Source of the DNA: an uncultured Gammaproteobacteria bacterium
GTDB lineage: Bacteria > Pseudomonadota > Gammaproteobacteria > Thiohalorhabdales > CAYUWI01
Length of the DNA stretch: 45,506 bases
Direction of reading: 5' to 3'
NCBI GenBank assembly: GCA_964448275.1
Contig: CAYUWI010000003.1
Span: 1-45,506, forward strand
A program made the position numbers and the translations under genes. Every line of letters starts with the position of its first letter. The first letter of the stretch is position 1. This document shows positions 18,853 through 29,143 of this stretch, piece after piece. Below the pieces are notes generated by a model. It was not told where the DNA came from. It searched no databases and saw only the letters and a list, made by a program, of their open reading frames with translations.

Positions 18853-20182
18853 CCCCCCTCTCCCCGACCCCCTTCACTGCTACTCCGGCTTGTGAAGCTA
18901 CTTCGAAAAAACCGGGGAATGAAGTGCTTATACCTGTGGCTCCCTCGATCCATATCGGCGCTTCGGCAGCGAGAGCTGCGATGGCGAATGCCATCGCCAC
19001 TCGATGATCCCCGTATGCTTGCACTCGCCCGCCTTGCAGATATCCTCCTTCGATATCTAGGCCATCTTCACGAGGCTCGATCCGGATGCCCAGCCGGGCC
19101 AACCCCTCTGCCATCGCCTGGATGCGATCGCTCTCTTTCACCCGGAGTTCAGCTGCCCCCCGTAGCACGGTCCGGCCCTCGGCGACAGCCGCAGCTACAA
19201 AGAGGACCGGAAATTCATCGATGGCAAGAGGAACAAGCTCCTGGGGGATCTCGATTCCAATAAGAGGGCGGGAGACAACCCAGAGGTCGGCCACCGGTTC
19301 CCCACCCCACATACGCTCGTTCGTAACCCGAATCTCAGCCCCCATACGGCGCAGGATCTCGATGCACCCAGAACGAGTCGGATTGATACCCACATCCTTG
19401 ATCGTCAGCTCCGCCCCCTCCACGATACAAGCCCCGACCATGAAGAAGACGGCTGAGGAAAGATCGCCGGGGATCCTCAAACGAGTCCCGATAAGCCGCC
19501 TCCCTCCAGGGACACAGATCGCGCTATCCAGACGCCGTACAGGATAAGCAAATGCCTCTAGCATCCGTTCTGTATGATCACGGGTGGGGACAGCTTCGGT
19601 GATGCACGTCTCCCCTTCAGCATAGAGTCCAGCCAATAGAAGGGCCGACTTGACCTGGGCAGACGGGACCGGCAGACGGTAATAGATTGCACGCAGCTGA
19701 GAGACTGGAAGCAAGGCGAATGGCGGTCGTCTTTCCCTCTCTTCACGGATCTCAACATGGGCACCCATTAAGGAGAGTGGCTCGGCAACTCGCCCCATGG
19801 GGCGCCTCCGTAGGCTCTCATCCCCGGTCAATTCAGTAGTGAAACGCTGGCCAGCCAACAATCCCGCCAACAAACGCATGGAGGTCCCGGAGTTACCGAG
19901 ATCCAGCGGTCCATCCGGGGGGGAGAGACCGTGGAGACCGACCCCATGCACTACGACCTCACCCTCTTGAGGCCCCTCGATTTTGACGCTCATTCGCCGC
20001 AAGGCAGTGAGAGTCGCCAGGCAGTCTTCGCCAGCCAAGAAGCCACTTATACGAGTGACACCCTCGGCCAAAGCACCCAGTATGGCCGCCCGATGAGAAA
20101 TTGATTTGTCGCCGGGGACCCTGAGCACGCCACTGGGAGGACTAGCGCGGCTTACTCGAAGTTCAGGACTTGAAGGGACCAT
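18842..20182 (-). CDS. aroA: 3-phosphoshikimate 1-carboxyvinyltransferase (EPSP synthase)
   Basis: PGDKSISHRA, LGNSGTSMRL, SAQVKSA, RDHTERML, ELRVKESDRI, GDHRVAM. Start moved to ATG 20182. Confidence 0.97.
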   Translation of the reverse strand: MVPSSPELRVSRASPPSGVLRVPGDKSISHRAAILGALAEGVTRISGFLAGEDCLATLTALRRMSVKIEGPQEGEVVVHGVGLHGLSPPDGPLDLGNSGTSMRLLAGLLAGQRFTTELTGDESLRRRPMGRVAEPLSLMGAHVEIREERERRPPFALLPVSQLRAIYYRLPVPSAQVKSALLLAGLYAEGETCITEAVPTRDHTERMLEAFAYPVRRLDSAICVPGGRRLIGTRLRIPGDLSSAVFFMVGACIVEGAELTIKDVGINPTRSGCIEILRRMGAEIRVTNERMWGGEPVADLWVVSRPLIGIEIPQELVPLAIDEFPVLFVAAAVAEGRTVLRGAAELRVKESDRIQAMAEGLARLGIRIEPREDGLDIEGGYLQGGRVQAYGDHRVAMAFAIAALAAEAPIWIEGATGISTSFPGFFEVASQAGVAVKGVGERGDVE

Positions 20183-21092
20183 TCGCTGAAACGCCTTCCT
20201 GCGGGCCAGGATCGGATGGAAGGGCTCGCCGCAGGTCACGTCCCCGCTGGAGGAAGGCCTCCACCGCCTGGGCATCTCGATTTTCAAGGGCGGTTCGCAG
20301 GTTGTGCAGCTGCACCTCGTAACATGCGAGGATATCTAGCAGAAAAGGAGCATTGTTTAGTGCAATATCCCGCCACATCACGGTATCACTCGCAGCGATT
20401 CGGGTCAGGTCGCGGAATCCTCCTGCCGCGAAAGGGCTTAGACGATCCTGCTCAGGAAGGGTACCAAAGGTATTTACCAAACTGTAAGCGAGCATATGGG
20501 GTAAATGACTCGTGACGGCCAAGATACGATCATGCTCCTCTGGCTGCATAAAGGCCACATAGCCCGCAATCTTTTTCCACATCCATTGGACGCGCTCTAC
20601 CGCATACCTTGGGGTAGACTCGGTGGGGGTCAAGACACACAGGGCCCCTTCGAACAATTCAGGGAATGCAGCTTCAACACCGGAGTCTTCCGTCCCGGCT
20701 ATAGGATGGCCCCCGACGAAGGGACTCTCTGCCCCCAAAATCCGACGCGCCTGCCCCTCAATACAGGCCTTTACACTACCTACATCGGTCACCACCGCAG
20801 TGGGATCGAGGCTTTCCCGAACCTCTTCCAAGACCGAGGCCGTCGATCCCACTGGGACAGCAATGACGACCAAGCCTGCCCCTTCGACGCCGCGGCTCAC
20901 ATCGTTCGTTCCCCAGTCAATCAGCCCCCGCTCCTGGGCGAGGGAAAGCCTTTCCGCTACCGTATCGATCCCCACCACCTCTTCGACTAGCCCACCTCGC
21001 CGCAACGCCCCTGCAAGTGAACCGCCAATGAGCCCGACGCCGATCACGGTCAGCCGCTGAATCGATCCCCCCTCCCTCACCTTGTCTAACAC
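20163..21092 (-). CDS. tyrA: Prephenate/arogenate dehydrogenase
   Basis: IGVGLIGGS, TDVGSVK, GGHPIAGTE, HDRILAVTSHLPH, GGFRDLTRIAAS. Start is GTG 21092 or 21080 (uncertain). Confidence 0.95.
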   Translation of the reverse strand: MLDKVREGGSIQRLTVIGVGLIGGSLAGALRRGGLVEEVVGIDTVAERLSLAQERGLIDWGTNDVSRGVEGAGLVVIAVPVGSTASVLEEVRESLDPTAVVTDVGSVKACIEGQARRILGAESPFVGGHPIAGTEDSGVEAAFPELFEGALCVLTPTESTPRYAVERVQWMWKKIAGYVAFMQPEEHDRILAVTSHLPHMLAYSLVNTFGTLPEQDRLSPFAAGGFRDLTRIAASDTVMWRDIALNNAPFLLDILACYEVQLHNLRTALENRDAQAVEAFLQRGRDLRRALPSDPGPQEGVSANGPFKS

Positions 21093-22198
21093 CCCCTTGC
21101 ACGCGGATAAGAACCGAGCATTCGCACTCCGATCCCTTGTTGCTGGATCTCTGTCAGGGCCCGACTTACCGTGGGTTCTTCGCAGTGCCCTTCCATATCC
21201 AAAAAGAAGACATAATCCCAAAGGGCTCCGTACGTTGGCCGAGAAACGATTTTGGTCAGATTGACCCCAGCGTCAGCAAACGGCTTCAACATGTGGAGGA
21301 GGCTACCCGGGTGATTCGGTCCCGAGACCAGAACCGAAGTCTTATCACGGCCAGAAGCTTGGGCTATTTCAGTACCGATGACCACGAAACGAGTCGTGTT
21401 ATCCGGGTCATCCTCCACTCCACGCACCAGGATCGGCAGTCGATACCGCCGTGCAGCCACCTCACCCGCAATGGCCCCTCCCCGAGGATCATCGGCGGAT
21501 AGGCGAGCAGCCTCCCCGTTGCTTGTGACTTCGACCAGCTCTAAATCCGGTAGATGCTCGGCCAACCACTCCCTACATTGGGCGCGAGTCTGCGGATGGA
21601 TATAAAGGCGTTCGATATCCAAGAGATTCGGGGCCAAACTCATCAGATGGTGCTCTATACGGAGAGCGACCTCACCACAGATCTGCAGATCTGAGTGCAT
21701 CAATTGATCAAGGGTCGAGTTGATCGACCCTTGGTTCGAGTTCTCCATTGGAACAACCCCATAATCAGCTCGGTCCGCTTGCACTTCCCGAAAGACCTCC
21801 CGAATAGTCCGCACCGGACAACCTTCTACGGAATGGCCAAACTGTAGCAAAACTGCGGAGTGGCTAAACGAGGCTTCAGGGCCCAAATAGGCGATGCATA
21901 AGCGCTGTTCCAAGGCCAAGCAGCTTGAGATGAGCTCCCGGAATAACCGGATCATGGCCTCATCCGACAAGGGTCCGGTATTACGCTCAACAACCTGGTC
22001 TAAGATCCAAGTCTCACGAGCAGGTTGATAAAAGCTCTCACCCGTGGCCTCTTTGAGACGGCCTACCTCCAAAACAAGCGAAGCACGCCGATTGATAAGA
22101 CGCTGGAGCTCACTATCGACTGCGTCGATCTCGTAGCGCAATTCCTCCTGGCGCGTGTAAACCTGCTTGTTTCCCTGATCCACTTGAAGCCTACCCAC
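21086..22198 (-). CDS. pheA: Chorismate mutase/prephenate dehydratase (P-protein)
   Basis: LRYEIDAVD (chorismate mutase), AYLGPEASFSH, VPMENS, NTTRFVVI, C-terminal ACT domain. Confidence 0.96.
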   Translation of the reverse strand: MGRLQVDQGNKQVYTRQEELRYEIDAVDSELQRLINRRASLVLEVGRLKEATGESFYQPARETWILDQVVERNTGPLSDEAMIRLFRELISSCLALEQRLCIAYLGPEASFSHSAVLLQFGHSVEGCPVRTIREVFREVQADRADYGVVPMENSNQGSINSTLDQLMHSDLQICGEVALRIEHHLMSLAPNLLDIERLYIHPQTRAQCREWLAEHLPDLELVEVTSNGEAARLSADDPRGGAIAGEVAARRYRLPILVRGVEDDPDNTTRFVVIGTEIAQASGRDKTSVLVSGPNHPGSLLHMLKPFADAGVNLTKIVSRPTYGALWDYVFFLDMEGHCEEPTVSRALTEIQQQGIGVRMLGSYPRARGC

Positions 22199-22289
22199 CC
22201 TGTACGTAGTGGCTCTTGTTAAGAATACCGCCAGAGGGCCCTTCTCTCACCAGCGGCATTAAGCCCCAGTTAAGCTGAACGCGCCGAGT

Positions 22290-22316
22290 TGACCCCATTA
22301 TACCGGTACTGGGTCA
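22290..22316 (-). promoter_or_regulatory. Candidate internal promoter for pheA (-10 TATAAT) inside a short inverted repeat
   Basis: Minus-strand TATAAT at 22297-22302 flanked by TGACCC (22290-22295) and GGGTCA (22311-22316). No clear -35. Confidence 0.35.
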
Positions 22317-22335
22317 CACTACACGAGTCTCCAGC

Positions 22336-24888
22336 TTACCCCGAAGGCGCCGAATCCCCCCCATTATCGCCGCCGGACTCCTCGACCCGAGCAGCCCCAA
22401 CCACCCCCTCGCCTTTGGCAAGATCGATCAGCCGTACCCCTTGGGTATTGCGTCCAAGCCGAGGGATCCCAGCGACGGGGATCCGGATCAAGTTCCCTTG
22501 GGAGGTCACTAGCATGACTTCATCCTGCTCCTGAACCAATCGCAGACTCACCACACGGCCATTACGGGCAGAAGGCTTAATGGTCAAGATACCGTGACCG
22601 CCGCGTTTCTGAGAGCGATACTCGGTCAACTCAGTCCGCTTACCATACCCGTTTTGGGTCACAGTCAATACCTCCCAGCCAGTCTGGACCACTTGCAGGG
22701 CGATGACCTGGCTACCCTTTTCCACCTCCATGGCACGTACCCCGCTGGCAGAGCGTCCCATAGGTCGCACCTCGTCCTCCTTGAAGCGGATCGCCTTACC
22801 ACAGTCGGTGGCCAGTAATACCTCGTCCTTCCCTAAGGTGATCCGAGCTCCTACCAGGCTCTCTCCCGGGCTGAGCTTCATGGCGATGATCCCTGTCTTG
22901 CGGGATCGAGAGAAATTCATCAAGTCGGTCCGCTTGATGATGCCTCTCGAAGTCACCATCACTACATAACGACCTTCCTCGAAGGTGTCTACTGGTAAAA
23001 CCGTCGAGATTCGCTCTCCGGTATCAAGGGGAAGGAGATTGACGATCGCCTTCCCTCGAGCGGATCGTCCAGCTTCTGGGAGTTCATAGACCTTGAGCCA
23101 GTACACCTTACCGAAGGTGGAGAAACACAGGATGTGCTGATGGGTTGAAGCGACGAATAGCCGCTCAACGAAGTCCTCCGCATCCCGCATGACGGTCGCG
23201 GTCTTGCCTTTACCCCCACGGCGCTGGGCACGATAGCTCGACAGCGGTTGGCGCTTGATATATCCTGATTGGGTTAGCGTAACGACCATCTCCTCTTCAG
23301 GGACCAGGTCCTCCAGTTTTAACTCCACAGCCGCGTCGCGAATCTCTGTGCGGCGGGCATCAGCAAATTGATCACGGACCTCATAGAGCTCATCCCGGAT
23401 GACCTGGACCAAACGTGGTTCAGAGTGCAAGATATCCAGTAGGTCGTCGAGCCGATCCAGCACTTCTTCGAAGTGGTGGACCACCTTATCCCGCTCCAAC
23501 CCGGTCAACCGGTGCAACCGCATATCCAGGATCGATTGCGCCTGCTCTGGCGAGAGCCTATAGCCTTCCTCGATTAAACCGAATCCTGGCTCCGTATACC
23601 CAGCTACTGTAGTGGCTCGGCGGACCAATGCTTCTACCCCCCCAGGCTCCCAGATCCTCTCTGTCAAATCCTGCTTGGCAGTAGTGGGATCCTTGGCCTG
23701 GCGAATGAGAGTAATGATCGGATCGAGGTTGGCTAGGGCAACCGCGAGCCCCTCTAGGGCATGGGCCCGCTTTCGGGCCTGTTGCAGTTCGTAGAGGGTA
23801 CGGCGTGTGACAACCCCCCGGCGGTGGAGGAGAAAGGCCTCCAAGAGCTCTCTTAGATTGAGGGTACGAGGTTGACCCTGATCGAGGGCGAGAAGCATAA
23901 CCCCAAAGGTGGTCTCCAACTGGGTATGCTTGTATAGGTTATTCAGGACAATATCGGGTTCCTCGCCACGCTTGAGCTCAATCACCACGCGAATGCCATC
24001 CTTGTCAGATTCATCACGCAGATCGCTAATCCCTTCGAGCTGTCGCTCTTTGACCAGATCGGCGATCTTCTCTATCAAGCGGGCCTTGTTAACGAGGTAT
24101 GGGAGCTCATGGATTACTAGCCACTGCCGCCCTTTGTGTTCCTCAGTCCGGACTCGCCCACGCACCCAGATGGAGCCGCGCCCAGTCTGGTATGCCGAAT
24201 GAATCCCCGCACGGCCGTTGATTACCCCGGCAGTTGGGAAATCGGGCCCTGGAATATAGGCCATTAAGTCATTGACAGTGGACTCGGGCCGATCAAGCAA
24301 CGCGAGGCAGGCATCGATCACCTCACCGAGGTTGTGGGGTGGAATATTGGTGGCCATGCCGACGGCGATCCCAGCTGCACCGTTGACGAGCAGATTGGGG
24401 ACCCGTGATGGAAGGATCATCGGTTCGGTCTCGGCGCCGTCATAGTTGGGCATGAAGTCGACCGTCTCCCGGTCGATATCCGTTAGTAGCTCATGGGCCA
24501 GCCGCGTCATCCGCACTTCGGTATAACGCATGGCGGCGGCATTATCCCCATCGATGGAGCCAAAGTTCCCTTGCCCGTCTACAAGGGGGTAACGCATTGA
24601 GAAGTCCTGGGCCAAGCGCACGATCGTATCGTAGACCGCTGCATCCCCGTGGGGGTGGTATTTACCAATTACATCCCCAACGATTCGGGCGGACTTTTTA
24701 TACGGCTTATTCCAATCATTGCTGAGGGTATGCATCGCATAGAGGACCCGCCGATGGACTGGTTTGAGCCCGTCTCGAACATCTGGAAGCGCCCTTCCGA
24801 CGATGACACTCATCGCGTAATCGAGGTAAGATTGGCGCATCTCCTCTTCGAGGTTCACGGGCAGCATCTCTTTGGCAAATTCGTCCAT
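22336..24888 (-). CDS. gyrA: DNA gyrase subunit A
   Basis: [30 protein letters not shown] (catalytic Tyr), GyrA-box QRRGGKG, C-terminal pinwheel repeats. Confidence 0.98.
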   Translation of the reverse strand: MDEFAKEMLPVNLEEEMRQSYLDYAMSVIVGRALPDVRDGLKPVHRRVLYAMHTLSNDWNKPYKKSARIVGDVIGKYHPHGDAAVYDTIVRLAQDFSMRYPLVDGQGNFGSIDGDNAAAMRYTEVRMTRLAHELLTDIDRETVDFMPNYDGAETEPMILPSRVPNLLVNGAAGIAVGMATNIPPHNLGEVIDACLALLDRPESTVNDLMAYIPGPDFPTAGVINGRAGIHSAYQTGRGSIWVRGRVRTEEHKGRQWLVIHELPYLVNKARLIEKIADLVKERQLEGISDLRDESDKDGIRVVIELKRGEEPDIVLNNLYKHTQLETTFGVMLLALDQGQPRTLNLRELLEAFLLHRRGVVTRRTLYELQQARKRAHALEGLAVALANLDPIITLIRQAKDPTTAKQDLTERIWEPGGVEALVRRATTVAGYTEPGFGLIEEGYRLSPEQAQSILDMRLHRLTGLERDKVVHHFEEVLDRLDDLLDILHSEPRLVQVIRDELYEVRDQFADARRTEIRDAAVELKLEDLVPEEEMVVTLTQSGYIKRQPLSSYRAQRRGGKGKTATVMRDAEDFVERLFVASTHQHILCFSTFGKVYWLKVYELPEAGRSARGKAIVNLLPLDTGERISTVLPVDTFEEGRYVVMVTSRGIIKRTDLMNFSRSRKTGIIAMKLSPGESLVGARITLGKDEVLLATDCGKAIRFKEDEVRPMGRSASGVRAMEVEKGSQVIALQVVQTGWEVLTVTQNGYGKRTELTEYRSQKRGGHGILTIKPSARNGRVVSLRLVQEQDEVMLVTSQGNLIRIPVAGIPRLGRNTQGVRLIDLAKGEGVVGAARVEESGGDNGGDSAPSG

Positions 24889-24925
24889 CTTGACCTCTTC
24901 TTCCCTCTTTAGCTTAATTAATCCA

Positions 24926-24963
24926 TATGGCGCCTAAGCCACTTTATGGCGCCTAAGTCGCTT
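24926..24963. repeat. 19-bp tandem direct repeat (2 copies)
   Basis: TATGGCGCCTAAGCCACTT / TATGGCGCCTAAGTCGCTT upstream of gyrA. Confidence 0.8.
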
Positions 24964-25035
24964 TGTCATAAGAGGCAATCGCAATTGGAAGTAAATGCCG
25001 AGAAATAACTTAATAATTTTTTATAATTTTTGATT

Positions 25036-25071
25036 TTAATATAATTCTGAAGAAAAATTCAATTATATTAA
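25036..25071. repeat. AT-only perfect 11-bp inverted repeat in the gyrA/ubiG divergent promoter
   Basis: TTAATATAATT-N14-AATTATATTAA within a strongly AT-rich ~70-bp block. Confidence 0.75.
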
Positions 25072-25106
25072 GTTTTGTCTTTCCGACAGGCCTTCGAAGG
25101 TTTGAT

Positions 25107-25814
25107 ATGGCCCTACTCGACAGGGATGAGCTAGAGAAATTCGAACAGCTAGCGGATCGGTGGTGGGATCCAGAAGGGGAGTTCAAACCTCTCCACCAGA
25201 TTCAGCCGCTCCGCCTCGACTATATTCAAGGTATTGTGAGACTTGAAGGGTGTCGAGTACTCGATGTCGGTTGTGGTGGAGGCATACTTGCAGAAGGTTT
25301 AGCGGAGGCCGGATCACAAGTGGTCGGCCTCGATCCTGGAGAACAGGCCATTCAAGCCGCTCGGGTCCATCTCCAAGTCAGCCAGCTCCCCATTGAATAC
25401 CGCCAGGGAACAGTAGCAGACCTCCTCGGGACGGAAGACGCTACCTTCGACGTAATCACCTGTCTGGAGGTTTTGGAGCACGTTCCCGAACCGGGAAAGT
25501 TGCTCAAAGAGTGCACACGCCTCCTCAAGCCGGGAGGAGTGCTCTTTGTGGCAACTCTTAACCGCACCGTCCGCTCCTACCTATTTGCCATTATTGGGGC
25601 TGAATATATACTCGGAATGCTCCCTCGGGGGACTCACCAATGGAGTCGGTTTATTCGCCCAGGTGAGATGGAGACCTATATGCGTCAAGCCTGCTTGATC
25701 CCCGAGGGGCTATGTGGGATCACCTATAATCCCCTGAACGATTCCTTTCACTTGAGTCGGGATCTCGCTGTGAACTACCTAGGCTACGCCCGCAGACCAA
25801 AAGATATATCATGA
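25107..25814 (+). CDS. ubiG: Ubiquinone biosynthesis O-methyltransferase
   Basis: WWDPEGEFKPLH, VLDVGCGGGIL, CLEVLEHVP, AEYILGMLPRGTH; divergent from gyrA. Confidence 0.96.
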   Translation: MALLDRDELEKFEQLADRWWDPEGEFKPLHQIQPLRLDYIQGIVRLEGCRVLDVGCGGGILAEGLAEAGSQVVGLDPGEQAIQAARVHLQVSQLPIEYRQGTVADLLGTEDATFDVITCLEVLEHVPEPGKLLKECTRLLKPGGVLFVATLNRTVRSYLFAIIGAEYILGMLPRGTHQWSRFIRPGEMETYMRQACLIPEGLCGITYNPLNDSFHLSRDLAVNYLGYARRPKDIS

Positions 25815-27007
25815 ACCCCAACTTGCAGAGACTCCAACCGTATCCTTTCGAGCGTCTTCATTCTCTCCTGCAAGGGCTTCATGCCCCCTCCGACCGAAGC
25901 CCCATCAATTTAGGCATTGGGCAGCCCCAACAACCCCCCCCTGAATTTGTCCTACAAACAGTCGAACGCCACCGAAACGAATTTGGCCGTTACCCAACCA
26001 CTGCGGGGACCCGCCAGCTCCAAGAGGCATGCTGTGCATGGGCCATTCGTCGCTTTCAACTTCCAGAGGCGAGCTTGGTACCAGGCCATAACCTCATCCC
26101 GGTTAATGGTACGCGAGAAGCCCTATTTGGGATTGCTCAGGCCTTGGTGGGGGAAAAGCCCGCTGGGCAGGTCGCAATGCCTAACCCCTTCTACCAGATC
26201 TATGAGGGCGCCACCCTGGCCGCAGGTGCCCGTCCCGTCTACGTCGCACGGGATCCAGAGACCAGTCTGCCAGACCTGACCACCCTACCAGAGACCACCC
26301 TAGCGCGCTTGGAGCTGGTCTACATCTGCTCCCCAGATAATCCCACCGGGGCTGTCATGCCCGTACATGAGTATCATCGGCTCTTGGAACTGGCCGACCG
26401 TTACGGCTTCGCTATCGCCGCCGATGAGTGCTATTCGGAGATCTACCCAGAAGAATCGGGCCCACCACCTGGGTTGCTGGAAGTAGCCGCTCAAAAAGGA
26501 CGAACAGACTATCATCGCTGTCTCGTTTTCCACAGCCTATCTAAGCGCTCCAATCTACCCGGATTGCGCTCCGGATTTGTCGCAGGGGATAGCTCACTGA
26601 TCCAGACCTTCCTACGACTCCGCACCTACATGGGCAACACCTTGCCTACCCCCCTCCAGGCGGCTGCTGCGGCCGCCTGGGGGGACGAGACCCATGTGGA
26701 GACCAACCGTAATGCCTATCGGGAGCGTTTTGATCGCGTCTTGGAGATCCTAAAACCGACTCTAGGGGTCAGCCGACCAGCGGGGGGCTTCTACCTCTGG
26801 CCCCAAGTACCGGGTGGCGGTGAATGGTTTGCCACCGCCCTCTATACTCGGGAGAATCTTGTTACGCTACCAGGTGCCTATTTGAGCCGTACAATAACCG
26901 GGAAGAATCCAGGGGAGCCCCACATCCGTATCGCCTTGGTTGATGAGCTGACCCGATGTGTTGAAGCAGCCCAGCGCATCCGCCGCGTGGTGGCTGACCC
27001 AGGCTAA
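25811..27007 (+). CDS. dapC: N-succinyldiaminopimelate aminotransferase
   Basis: [50 protein letters not shown]. Confidence 0.93.
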   Translation: MNPNLQRLQPYPFERLHSLLQGLHAPSDRSPINLGIGQPQQPPPEFVLQTVERHRNEFGRYPTTAGTRQLQEACCAWAIRRFQLPEASLVPGHNLIPVNGTREALFGIAQALVGEKPAGQVAMPNPFYQIYEGATLAAGARPVYVARDPETSLPDLTTLPETTLARLELVYICSPDNPTGAVMPVHEYHRLLELADRYGFAIAADECYSEIYPEESGPPPGLLEVAAQKGRTDYHRCLVFHSLSKRSNLPGLRSGFVAGDSSLIQTFLRLRTYMGNTLPTPLQAAAAAAWGDETHVETNRNAYRERFDRVLEILKPTLGVSRPAGGFYLWPQVPGGGEWFATALYTRENLVTLPGAYLSRTITGKNPGEPHIRIALVDELTRCVEAAQRIRRVVADPG

Positions 27008-27080
27008 CCCGTGTCGTCACACCTCGAGAGACCCAGACGATTGGAGCCGATCTAACAGCATAGTGAGGAGCATTTTACCG

Positions 27081-27902
27081 ATGGAGAACACTCAGGCTGT
27101 AATTGAAGAGGCCTTTGAACGGCGTACCGAGATCCGTCCAGAGACTGTTGACCCGGATGTTGCCCGCGCCGTTGAGGAAGCGCTTGGCTTACTCGAGCGC
27201 GGCGAGGCACGAGTCGCAGAGGAACACAATGGCGAATGGGTTGTTAACGAGTGGTTGAAGAAGGCGGTCCTCGTCTCCTTTCGGGTCTATGGGAACCAGC
27301 TAGTCCGCGGTGGAGAGACCAATTATTACGATAAGGTTCCCCTCAGATATGCACAGTACGGCCATACCGATTTCGTACGTCAAGGCGCCCGTGTCGTGCC
27401 TCCAGCGACCGTGCGGCGGGGAGCCTACATCGCATCCGGCGTGGTCCTGATGCCCTCCTATTGCAATATTGGCGCCTACGTAGACGAAGGCACCATGGTG
27501 GATACGTGGGCCACCGTAGGTTCCTGCGCCCAAATCGGTAAGAATGTTCACCTCTCTGGAGGCGCTGGCCTCGGTGGGGTCCTCGAACCACTTCAGGCCC
27601 AACCAGTTATCATCGAGGATGAGGTCTTTATTGGGGCCCGATCTGAAGTGGCTGAGGGGGTTCGGGTGGAGCGGGGTGCAGTCCTAGCAATGGGGGTCTA
27701 CCTCGGCCAATCTACCCGGATCTATAACCGCCAGACAGGGGAGATCCTCCGAGGTCATGTACCAGCCAATTCAGTTGTGGTCCCGGGGACCCTACCCGCC
27801 TCAGATGGCAGCCATAGCCTCTACTGCGCTGTGATTGTCAAGCAGATCGATGCTGGAACGCGCGCCAAAACCTCAGTCAACACACTCCTTCGCGACGCTT
27901 GA
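27081..27902 (+). CDS. dapD: Tetrahydrodipicolinate N-succinyltransferase
   Basis: [51 protein letters not shown] before ATG 27081. Confidence 0.97.
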   Translation: MENTQAVIEEAFERRTEIRPETVDPDVARAVEEALGLLERGEARVAEEHNGEWVVNEWLKKAVLVSFRVYGNQLVRGGETNYYDKVPLRYAQYGHTDFVRQGARVVPPATVRRGAYIASGVVLMPSYCNIGAYVDEGTMVDTWATVGSCAQIGKNVHLSGGAGLGGVLEPLQAQPVIIEDEVFIGARSEVAEGVRVERGAVLAMGVYLGQSTRIYNRQTGEILRGHVPANSVVVPGTLPASDGSHSLYCAVIVKQIDAGTRAKTSVNTLLRDA

Positions 27903-29045
27903 GTGAAGACTATGTCTAGCAAGGCCGTCGAACTCGCCCAAACCCTGCTCGCCATCCCCTCAGTGACCCCCGACCAAGGGGCGGGACTCCTCCCCATTCG
28001 GGAACGCCTAGAAACACTTGGCTTCGAGACCGAGGATATGACAAGTGCAGGTGTGGCCAATCTCTACGCACGGCTTGGAACCGGCAGACCTGCAATCGCC
28101 TTTTTGGGGCACACCGATGTGGTCCCAATCGGAGATGAAGCCGTCTGGAGCTATCCCCCTTTTGAGCCAAGCCTGGAGGATGGCTACCTCTACGCCCGCG
28201 GTGCCGCCGATATGAAGGGTGCCATAGCGGCCTTTCTAGTCGCAGTTGAAGCCCTACTTGAGGGCCATTCAGAACCGCAAGGGAGCCTTATCCTCCTGAT
28301 TACCGGAGATGAGGAAGGTCCAGCGATCCACGGGACTCGGATCATGATCGAACGCCTTCAGGCACGTAATGAGACGATCGATTATTGCCTGGTCGGTGAA
28401 CCCTCTTGTGAAGTGGTCTTGGGCGATACGATCAAGAACGGCCGTCGCGGCTCACTCACCGGAGAACTCTCTGTCTTGGGTACTCAAGGCCACGTTGCCT
28501 ATCCCCATCACGCAGATAACCCGATCCACAGGGCCCTTCCCGTACTCACCGAGCTTATCCGAACCCAGTTCGACACCGGGAACGCCTCTTTCCCTCCAAC
28601 CAGCTTCCAGATCGCCAATCTCCATGCCGGAACTGGTGCCCATAATGTCATTCCTGGGCGACTGGAGGCCCAATTCAACTTTCGCTTCGGGACTGCCAAT
28701 ACCGCGGATTCCCTCCAGGACATCGTGCGCAATACCCTAGATGCGGCTGGCCTCAAGTATGAGCTCCATTGGCATAGCCACGGTGACCCTTTTCTGACCG
28801 AACCAGGGCGGTTGACAGATGCCCTGCTCTCGGCTATTCGAGATGTCACCGGGTTCGAGGGCAAGCTCTCTACTGCTGGCGGGACCTCTGATGGTCGCTA
28901 TGTCGCCCCAACAGGGGCCCAGGTCGCCGAGTTCGGCTTCCTAAATCAGACAATCCATCAAGTGGACGAACGGGTCGCTGTCGCCGACCTTGAGCAATTG
29001 GTGCGAATTTATCGAATCACTCTAGAGCGATTACTATGCCATTGA
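27903..29045 (+). CDS. dapE: Succinyl-diaminopimelate desuccinylase
   Basis: GHTDVVP, RGAADMKG, GDEEG, KNGRRGS, QGHVAYP, GGTSDGR, TIHQVDE. Start 27903 or 27912. Confidence 0.96.
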   Translation: MKTMSSKAVELAQTLLAIPSVTPDQGAGLLPIRERLETLGFETEDMTSAGVANLYARLGTGRPAIAFLGHTDVVPIGDEAVWSYPPFEPSLEDGYLYARGAADMKGAIAAFLVAVEALLEGHSEPQGSLILLITGDEEGPAIHGTRIMIERLQARNETIDYCLVGEPSCEVVLGDTIKNGRRGSLTGELSVLGTQGHVAYPHHADNPIHRALPVLTELIRTQFDTGNASFPPTSFQIANLHAGTGAHNVIPGRLEAQFNFRFGTANTADSLQDIVRNTLDAAGLKYELHWHSHGDPFLTEPGRLTDALLSAIRDVTGFEGKLSTAGGTSDGRYVAPTGAQVAEFGFLNQTIHQVDERVAVADLEQLVRIYRITLERLLCH

Positions 29046-29143
29046 GATTTCCGCCTTCTGCCAAGGCAGCGCACGCTGTCATCCAGCAAAGTCCCTGTCT
29101 AACTTGGAAATCGCCAATAGAGCCCATCTTCTGACCGTATATC

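Noticed and set aside
20163-20182. Possible frameshifted tyrA-aroA fusion
   Set aside because: aroA has its own ATG and RBS, and a 20-nt overlap is ordinary translational coupling.
25046-25073. dif-like site (TTATATTAAGT resembles the XerD arm) or oriC unwinding element
   Set aside because: No XerC-like arm at 6-bp spacing and no DnaA-box cluster nearby.
29046-29143. Fluoride riboswitch and CLC-F assignment for the ClC gene
   Set aside because: No crcB-motif sequence is visible, and the protein has GREGP rather than the CLC-F GREGT signature.
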